A stretch of DNA of 64,000 bases from a virus, in the IMG/VR virus record IMGVR_UViG_3300042558_000825, positions 45,531-109,530 of that record; one strand, 5' to 3'. Within the stretch, counting starts at the first letter, position 1; each line of letters starts with the position of its first letter. The translations under genes and the position numbers were made by a program. Under the pieces are notes generated by a model that had not been told where the DNA came from, did no database searches, and saw only the letters and a program-made list of their open reading frames with translations. This document shows, piece by piece, positions 41,019-48,800 of the stretch.

Positions 41019-42119
41019 ATGTTAGATGCTATCAAACCATTACTTGAGAGTGGATTAATCAATGAAGAAACTGGTGTCGCTATAAACGAGGCATGGGAAT
41101 CTAAATTGAATGAGGCTCGTGAGCAAGTACGTGCAGAATTAAGAGAAGAATTCGCACAACGTTATGAACATGACAGATACGTGATGGTAGAAGCCCTTGA
41201 TAAAATGGTCAGTGAAGGACTAAAGACTGAGATTGAAGAATTTCAGACTGAACGTCAAGCAATGAACGAAGACCGTGTGATAGCGCAACAAAAATTGCGT
41301 GAATCAGCTACAAAATTCAATAACTTCATGGTTACTAAACTAGCCGAAGAAATTAAAGAATTACGTAGTGAGCGTAAATTACAAATGGAAAGTCAAGAAA
41401 AGTTAGAACAATTTATTGTTCATGCTTTAGCACGTGAAATTAAAGAATTCACACAAGACAAACAAGCTGTAGTTGAAGCAAAGGTTAAGTTAGTTGCTGA
41501 AGGTCGTAAACAATTAGAAGCATTGAAGGCACGTTTTGTTGCTGAATCTGCTAAAAGATTGACTACGGTTGTCGCTAGCCAACTCAAAGGTGAATTAGGT
41601 CAATTAAAAGAAGATATCAAGATTGCTCGAGAGAACAATTTTGGTCGTCGTATCTTTGAAAGTTTTGCAAGTGAATTCAGTGTCACTCACTTAAGTGAGA
41701 AAGCAGAAACTCGCAAACTAATGACTCAGCTAGAAGAAAAAGATAAGAAACTAGCCGAATCCATCAATACAATCAGCAACGCTAAGAAGTTGATTGAATC
41801 AAAAGAACGTGAAGTTCGTATTATTAAAGAGTCTAATCTACGTGAAAAAACAATGAGCGAGTTACTTGCTACATTGAACGAAGAAAAGGCATCAGTAATG
41901 CAGAACTTACTAGAAAGCGTCCAGACACCACGTCTACAAGCCGCTTTCGATAAGTATCTTCCAGCAGTTCTAAATAACGGTAATGTTAAACCAGCACAAA
42001 AAGCTAAATTAACAGAATCAGTTATAGTAGAAGCAACTGGGGATAAAGCTGCCAAACAAGAAGTTGATACGGAACAACGTGATAACGTTATCGATATCAA
42101 GCGTCTGGCAGGGCTTTAA
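41019..42119 (+). CDS. gp22: Prohead core scaffold protein
   Basis: Coiled-coil Glu/Lys-rich protein between protease and major capsid genes. Confidence 0.8.
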   Translation: MLDAIKPLLESGLINEETGVAINEAWESKLNEAREQVRAELREEFAQRYEHDRYVMVEALDKMVSEGLKTEIEEFQTERQAMNEDRVIAQQKLRESATKFNNFMVTKLAEEIKELRSERKLQMESQEKLEQFIVHALAREIKEFTQDKQAVVEAKVKLVAEGRKQLEALKARFVAESAKRLTTVVASQLKGELGQLKEDIKIARENNFGRRIFESFASEFSVTHLSEKAETRKLMTQLEEKDKKLAESINTISNAKKLIESKEREVRIIKESNLREKTMSELLATLNEEKASVMQNLLESVQTPRLQAAFDKYLPAVLNNGNVKPAQKAKLTESVIVEATGDKAAKQEVDTEQRDNVIDIKRLAGL

Positions 42120-42151
42120 TTAAAAAAGACATAGATTAGGAGAAATTAAAA

Positions 42152-43348
42152 ATGTCAAAAGTACTCTTAGAAGGCCGTTGGGACGAGACCAAAGAAGCTC
42201 TGTTAGAAGGCTTAAAAGGAACTCGCCGTTCAACAATGGGTGTTATTTTAGAAAACACTAAAAAACAGTTACTAGCTGAATCTTCAGCCGGTACAACTAC
42301 AGCTGGTAATATCGCTACACTAAACCGTGTGATTCTTCCAGTTATTCGTCGTGTCATGCCAACCGTTATCGCTAACGAATTGGTAGGCGTTCAGCCAATG
42401 ACAGGACCAGTTGGTCAAATTCACACTCTACGTGTTCGTTATGCTAACAGCTTGACAGACAACAGTGCAGCCGCAACTAGCGTTACAGCTGGTCAAGAAG
42501 CATTGAGTCCATTCTTGATTGCACAAGCATATTCACGCACACCAAGTGGCGATGCATCAACAAGTTACTATACAGGTAATGATACTGCTGCCCTAGAAGG
42601 CAACGGTGGTAAACAAATCTCTGTGCAAATTCTACGTCAGGCTGTTGAAGCTAAATCACGTAAGTTGCAAGCACGTTGGACATTTGAGGCAGCACAAGAT
42701 GCTCAGTCTCAACATGGTATTGACGTAGAAGCAGAAATCATGGCAGCTCTTGCACAAGAGATTACTGCTGAAATTGACCAAGAGATTCTATTGTCATTAC
42801 GTACACTAGCATCTACAGAGTATACATTCAACCAAGCTACTGTATCAGGTACAGCTACTTACGTTGGTGACGAACACGCTGCCTTAGCTGTTCTAATCAA
42901 TCGTGTTGCTAACTTGATCGCCCAACGTACACGTCGTGGCGCAGGCAACTGGGCTGTTGTTTCTTCTGCGGCATTGACAGTATTGCAATCTGCAACTACT
43001 TCAGCTTTTGCTCGTACAACAGAAGGTACTTTTGAAGCTCCAACTAACACTAAGTTCGTTGGTACATTGAACGGCGCTATGCGTGTGTTCGTTGACAGTT
43101 ATGCTCCTGATACTACACCAGTATTGGTTGGCTATAAAGGTTCTAGCGAAACTGACGCGGCAGCATTCTATTGCCCATACATTCCATTGATGAGCAGTGG
43201 AGTTGTATTGGATCCATCAACATTCGAACCAGTCGTATCATTTATGACACGTTATGGTTACATCGAATTAACCAACACCGCAAGTTCTTTCGGTAATGCT
43301 GCCGATTACGTTGGTGAAATAGCCGTGCAAAATCTTACTTTTCAGTGA
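42152..43348 (+). CDS. gp23: Major capsid protein
   Basis: LVGVQPMTGPVGQI, AKSRKLQARWTFEAAQD, AEIDQEI, AAFYCPYIPL and FMTRYG motifs. Confidence 0.96.
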   Translation: MSKVLLEGRWDETKEALLEGLKGTRRSTMGVILENTKKQLLAESSAGTTTAGNIATLNRVILPVIRRVMPTVIANELVGVQPMTGPVGQIHTLRVRYANSLTDNSAAATSVTAGQEALSPFLIAQAYSRTPSGDASTSYYTGNDTAALEGNGGKQISVQILRQAVEAKSRKLQARWTFEAAQDAQSQHGIDVEAEIMAALAQEITAEIDQEILLSLRTLASTEYTFNQATVSGTATYVGDEHAALAVLINRVANLIAQRTRRGAGNWAVVSSAALTVLQSATTSAFARTTEGTFEAPTNTKFVGTLNGAMRVFVDSYAPDTTPVLVGYKGSSETDAAAFYCPYIPLMSSGVVLDPSTFEPVVSFMTRYGYIELTNTASSFGNAADYVGEIAVQNLTFQ

Positions 43349-43390
43349 AATTCAGTACACGCTAATATCTTTACCGATATTATCAACACA

Positions 43391-43415
43391 AAGGGGCACG
43401 AAAGTGCCCTTTTTT
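43391..43415 (+). terminator. Rho-independent terminator after the capsid gene
   Basis: GGGCAC-GAAA-GTGCCC-TTTTTT. Confidence 0.85.
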
Positions 43416-43472
43416 GTTTAAGGGATGGTTGGCAACTTGGTGGCAAAAAGCGTAAGATAAGATAAATACAAT

Positions 43473-43523
43473 ATCTCAACGGGATGGGAAGTTACAATCA
43501 AGCACTATTCGTAGTGCTTTTTT
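43473..43523 (+). ncRNA. Candidate ~50 nt late small RNA
   Basis: Has its own late promoter GATAAATA (43461-43468) and its own terminator AAGCACTA-TTCG-TAGTGCTT-TTTT (43500-43523). The next gene has a separate promoter. Confidence 0.5.
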
Positions 43524-43567
43524 GTTATCTATACTACTTTGCTAAATAGTATAAAGGGTACAATATT

Positions 43568-44494
43568 ATGGACTTTAGTGGAGTGACAATATCAGGTGGG
43601 GTTAGTATTGTGCCGCCTGTCGTGGTCAGTGGTAATAAGGTTATATTTGGATATGGATCTACTAACAGCTCACCTGACGGAGCGGTGTCAATAACCAACC
43701 TAGTATCAAATACAGGTGTAGTTGGTAATGATGTTACAGGTGTCGGTACAGCTAGACTTTCTCTTGGTGCCGCAGGTTATGGTACAGATAAAGCTATATT
43801 TGGATATGGACAAAATCTTACGTCAGTGACCAATAAAGTATCAAACACAGGGGTAGTATCCGCAGACACTACAGGTGTTGGATCCAATAGGTTTGCATTA
43901 GCAGCCGCTGGTTATAGCACAGATAAAGCCATCTTTGGATATGGGTATACAGGTTCCGCAACATCAATAACCAACTTAGTAAGTAACACAGGTGTTGTTG
44001 CTACAGACACCTCAGGTGTTGGCACTTCCAGATATCATTTAGCGGCCGCCCGCTATGGTACAGATAAAGCTATTTTTGGATACGGGACCAACGAGGCCAT
44101 CACATATTATTCATTAACAAATCTAGTGAGCAATACAGGTGTAGTTGCCACAAATACAACTGGAGTAGGTACTGGGAGGTATCTATTGGCGGCTGCCGGG
44201 TACGGTAATGATAAAGCCATTTTTGGTTATGGATATTCCGGCAGTTTGACATCGTTAACTAATCTAGTATCAAATACTGGCGTAGTAGCTACTGATACTA
44301 CAGGTGTTGGCACTGCTAGATTGCAAATAGCAGCCGCAACTTATGGCAATGATAAAGCTATATTTGGATATGGGCCCAATGGTGTTATCTTCACAGCAAT
44401 AACCAACCTAGTATCAAACACCGGGGTAGTTGCTAATGATACCGCAGGTGTTGGCACTGCTCGCGGAATGCTAGGTGCCGCAGCCTATGGTTAA
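43568..44494 (+). CDS. Six-repeat (probable beta-propeller) virion protein
   Basis: Six ~46-50 aa repeats of DKAIFGYG...TNLVSNTGVVAxDTTGVGTAR..LAAAGYG. Confidence 0.75.
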   Translation: MDFSGVTISGGVSIVPPVVVSGNKVIFGYGSTNSSPDGAVSITNLVSNTGVVGNDVTGVGTARLSLGAAGYGTDKAIFGYGQNLTSVTNKVSNTGVVSADTTGVGSNRFALAAAGYSTDKAIFGYGYTGSATSITNLVSNTGVVATDTSGVGTSRYHLAAARYGTDKAIFGYGTNEAITYYSLTNLVSNTGVVATNTTGVGTGRYLLAAAGYGNDKAIFGYGYSGSLTSLTNLVSNTGVVATDTTGVGTARLQIAAATYGNDKAIFGYGPNGVIFTAITNLVSNTGVVANDTAGVGTARGMLGAAAYG

Positions 44495-44519
44495 GAATAA
44501 TTTTTAAGGAATAACAATT

Positions 44520-45395
44520 ATGCCAATAGTATTTGAAGGTGCGACTATATCGGGTGGTATTAGTTTTGAAGGTAGTTCAGTACTACCAATAACATTAGAA
44601 TATCTAGTAGTCGCAGGTGGCGGTGGAGGTGGCGGAGATTGTGGGGGAGGTGGCGGTGCCGGCGGGCTATTAGCATCATCGTTCACCGGCACTCAAGCTA
44701 TAGCCTATACTATAACAGTAGGAAGCGGCGGAGCAGGTGCAGCAGGTGTTAGTGGTAACAGCGGTAAAGGCAGTAATTCAAGTATTGTTGGATCAAGTAC
44801 TACTGTGGAAGCCATTGGAGGTGGTGGAGGTATGACTTCAACTACTAAAGACGGTGGCAGTGGTGGAGGTGGTCAATTTGGTGCTAATCAAGGTAGCGGA
44901 ACAGCTGGACCTCCAAGACAGGGATATAATGGTGGCACAGGTGATAACAATGGTAACAATTGGTATGTTGGTGGAGGTGGAGGTGGTGCTAGCGCAGTAG
45001 GAGGAAACGGCACTTTAACCAATGGAGGAGCGGGAGGTGCAGGACTGTCATCAAGCATTACAGGTACTAGTGTACCATACGCAGGCGGAGGCGGAGGTGG
45101 TATATTTTATACCGGTGGCAACAGCGGTGGCAGCGGTGGCGCCGGAGGAGGAGGTGCTGGTGGTGGAAACAATGCTAACGGAACTGCAGGTACTTCTAAC
45201 ACAGGTGGTGGCGGTGGTGCTGGTGGTGGCGGTCCTACTAAAGGCAACGGTGCTCTTGGTGGTTCCGGTATCGTAATCATTCGCTATGTAGATAGTTATC
45301 CGGCTGCAACAAGTACTACTGGTAGTCCAACAATAACTGTATCAGGTGGATATAGAGTATATAAATATACTAGTTCTGGTTCAATAACGTTCTAA
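44520..45395 (+). CDS. Glycine-rich virion protein
   Basis: EYLVVAGGGGGG...GGSGIVIIRY...GYRVYKYTSSGSITF with multiple poly-Gly runs. Confidence 0.75.
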   Translation: MPIVFEGATISGGISFEGSSVLPITLEYLVVAGGGGGGGDCGGGGGAGGLLASSFTGTQAIAYTITVGSGGAGAAGVSGNSGKGSNSSIVGSSTTVEAIGGGGGMTSTTKDGGSGGGGQFGANQGSGTAGPPRQGYNGGTGDNNGNNWYVGGGGGGASAVGGNGTLTNGGAGGAGLSSSITGTSVPYAGGGGGGIFYTGGNSGGSGGAGGGGAGGGNNANGTAGTSNTGGGGGAGGGGPTKGNGALGGSGIVIIRYVDSYPAATSTTGSPTITVSGGYRVYKYTSSGSITF

Positions 45396-45425
45396 TTTTT
45401 TATAAAAACAATACCAACAAGCTAC

Positions 45426-45791
45426 TTATAAAGTATAGTCAGTATCAACCGTAATATCTAATATACTTTTACGTTTTTCTTTTAACTTCTTTTGATACAC
45501 TCTATTACAGTTAGCACATAGAGTTTTCAAATTAGTTTTCTCTTTGTTCTTTTTATTACCATCTTTATACACAACATCTAGTTGACATTTATCTTCTGGA
45601 ACAAATCCACACTTCTCACATTTGTTCTTTTTATGTAATAGATATCCGTGTTTTGGATTATATGCGGCTTTACTGCATTCAACACAGTACCTATGCCATT
45701 TGGTAAATCCGTGTTTACTAGTACCATTATTTTTTGCTAATGATACTTTACAATTTTCACATAAAGGCCTTGGTGGTTGTCTAGTAAGCAT
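45426..45791 (-). CDS. Zn-finger/HNH-fold protein with degenerate active site
   Basis: Four CxxC motifs. QLDVVYKDGNKKN...NLKTLCANCNR follows the HNH layout but lacks the His residues. Confidence 0.65.
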   Translation of the reverse strand: MLTRQPPRPLCENCKVSLAKNNGTSKHGFTKWHRYCVECSKAAYNPKHGYLLHKKNKCEKCGFVPEDKCQLDVVYKDGNKKNKEKTNLKTLCANCNRVYQKKLKEKRKSILDITVDTDYTL

Positions 45792-45887
45792 GTTGTATTT
45801 AGAAAAAAGATCTCCAGGGTGCTTTTTTCATACAAGTTAACCATCAAAAAAAGATAAATATATTATAATAATTATTCAGGATACTAC

Positions 45888-48800
45888 ATGGCAGCAGACG
45901 AATTCAATTCATTAGGTGGATACTCAGTAGGTATACCACCCGTTCCTGTAATTGATGCCAATGGGAATGTAGTTACAAACGTATTAGTTACTACGGGTAA
46001 TGTTAGTGCGGCCAATGTTTATGCCGCAAACTATTATTATGCCAATGGTAGACCGTTTAATGCAGGTGGTAATCCATACGGTCCAAACAATAGTTTACAA
46101 TACAATAATAATGGTACATTTGATGGTAGTGCAAATCTTGTATTTGATAATACTACACAGTTATTAAGCGTTCCTAGTATAAATATATCCGGTTTAAGTA
46201 ATTTAGGTCCTGTAGGCAATATCACTATAACAGGTGGGGGTTCGGGATATCTATTAACAACTGACGGTAATGGAATATTAAATTGGCAGCCACCTGGTAG
46301 TGGTTCTGCAATTAGTAATGGTCAAAGTAATTTAAGTATAAATCAATACAGTGGAAACATAACAGCCGGAGTAAACGGTGTTGCAAACGTTGTAGTAATT
46401 ACTAGTAATAGTTTATCAGTTAATGGTAATATTACTGCTACGAATTTTTTAGGTAATGCAACAACTGCCGGTACAGTAACTACTAATGCACAACCCAATA
46501 TTACTAGTGTTGGTACATTAACCGAAGTAACAGTAACAGGCAATGTTGTTGCCGGAACTGTCAAAACAAATACCCTGTTATATGCTAACGGTGCACCTTG
46601 GGATTTGCAAGAAGCAGCCGGTGGTAATCAACAGGTTCAATTTAATAACGGTAATAACAATTTTGGTGCTAGTATTAACTTTACATTCAATACTAGCACA
46701 AACATATTAACAGTACCAAATATTGCGGCAAACGGATCTAGACTAACTTCAATTACTGGTGCAAATGTATCCGGTACAGTTCCGTTTGCAAACGTAGCAA
46801 ATAATGTAGCAGGTGCAAACGTATCAGGTGAAGTAAGTTTTGCAAATGTTGCTAATAACATAGCAGGTGCAAATGTATCCGGTGAAGTAAGTTTTGCGGC
46901 GGTAGCCAATAGTATAGCTTTAGCAAATGTTGTTGGAATTGGTAATATCGCTTCTATTTACTTAGATGGAAATGTTGCAAACATTCTGCACGGAGATGGT
47001 ACTTGGAGTGGAGAATCCGGAAATCTTAATGCTAACTATGCAAATTATGCAGGTGAAGCTTTCAGCGTTTCTGGCTCTAACGTCATCGGGGAAGTTGCAA
47101 ACGCTAATTATGCGTCTTATGCAGGTGAAGCTTTTAGTGTTTCAGGGGCTAATGTAGTCGGAGAAGTTGCAAATGCTAATTATGCGTCTTATGCAGGTGA
47201 AGCATTTAGTGTTTCTGGAGCTAATGTAGTCGGAGAAGTTGCAAATGCTAATTATGCGTCTTATGCAGGTGAAGCTTTTAGTGTTTCTGGAGCCAATGTC
47301 ATTGGTGCAGTCGCAAATGCTAATTATGCAGAAAGTTCAAACACATCAGGTACAGTAACTAGTAATGCTCAACCAAATATAACAAGTGTAGGTACACTAA
47401 TTAGTTTAGATGTTACCGGTAATGTAACTGCAAATAATTTTATTGGAACATTTGCTAATGGTACTAGTAATGTAAGTATTCCAATAGCTAATGGAAATAT
47501 TGATATCAATGCTAATGGTAATAAAACATTAGTTGTAACTGGTTCTAATTTAATAGTAAAAGGTGATCTACTACCAGAAGCAAATATAACTTATAATTTG
47601 GGTAGTACTACACAACGTTGGAAAGACTTATATATATCAGGTAATACCATTGACTTAAATGGTTCTACTATAACATCAGATGCTAATGGAATTACATTAG
47701 CTAATCCGTTAGGTGGAACGTTTACTGTTATTGGTCAAGGTGCTTCTAATACAGCCTCTATAGTAAGTGGCAATAGTAGTATTATTGTAGATGAAAATTC
47801 AAACGTTAATATAAGTGTTGCTGGGATTAGCAATGTTGTTGTTGTTTATACTGATGGATTACTAGTTAATGGTAATGCAAATATTACTGCAAATTTAACT
47901 TCAGGTAATGCTAATTTAGGTAATCTAGCTACAGCTAACTACGTTAATATTGCTAACGTTCTAACTGGTAATATTGCCAACTTTAGTGGAAACATAACTT
48001 CATTAAACGCAGATTTAGGTAATCTAGCCACAGCTAACTATGTTAATATTGCTAATGTTTTAACTGGAAACATTGCTAATTTCATAGGTAATTTAACCTC
48101 ATTAAACGCAGATTTAGGTAATTTAGCTATTGCTAACTATGTTAACATTGCTAATCACTTGTCAGGTAATACTGCTACTTTTATAGGTAATATTAGTTCA
48201 TTAAATGCAGATTTAGGTAATCTAGCTACTGCTAACTACGTTAACATCGCTAATGTGTTAACTGGAAACATTGCTAATTTCAGTGGAAACTTAACTTCAT
48301 TAAATGCTAATTTAGGTAATTTAGCTATAGCTAATTACATACGTGCAGATGAGTTATTTAATGGAAATAGTAATGTTAGAATATCTCCTAATGGTAATGT
48401 AACAGTTTCTGTTACCGGAACATCTAATGTATATACTTTAAGCAATGTGGGTGCAAATGTTGTTGGTTATGTATCAGCTAATGGTAACGGAACATTTGGT
48501 GCATTATATTCAAATTCATTAACCTCTCAGGGTAGTAATTTAACATTATATGCGGCAACTGGTGATAATTATATTGAACTACGTCCAGCCGGATTAGGAC
48601 AGGTTGATGTTGGTAACTTTAGGATTCAGAATTTAGGTGCACCTAATTCATCTAGCGATGCTGCCACAAAACAATATGTTGATGATGTTGCTCAAGGTCT
48701 ACATACACATGATGCTTGTGAAGTAGCAACACCTAATACTCTAGCAATCATTACATCTGGTACTATTACATATAATAATGGTGCAAGTGGCGTAGGTGCA

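Noticed and set aside
43568-48340. CRISPR array or diversity-generating retroelement from the repeats
   Set aside because: The repeats are in-frame coding units with synonymous variation. There are no unique spacers, no adenine-specific template/variable pair and no reverse transcriptase in the window.
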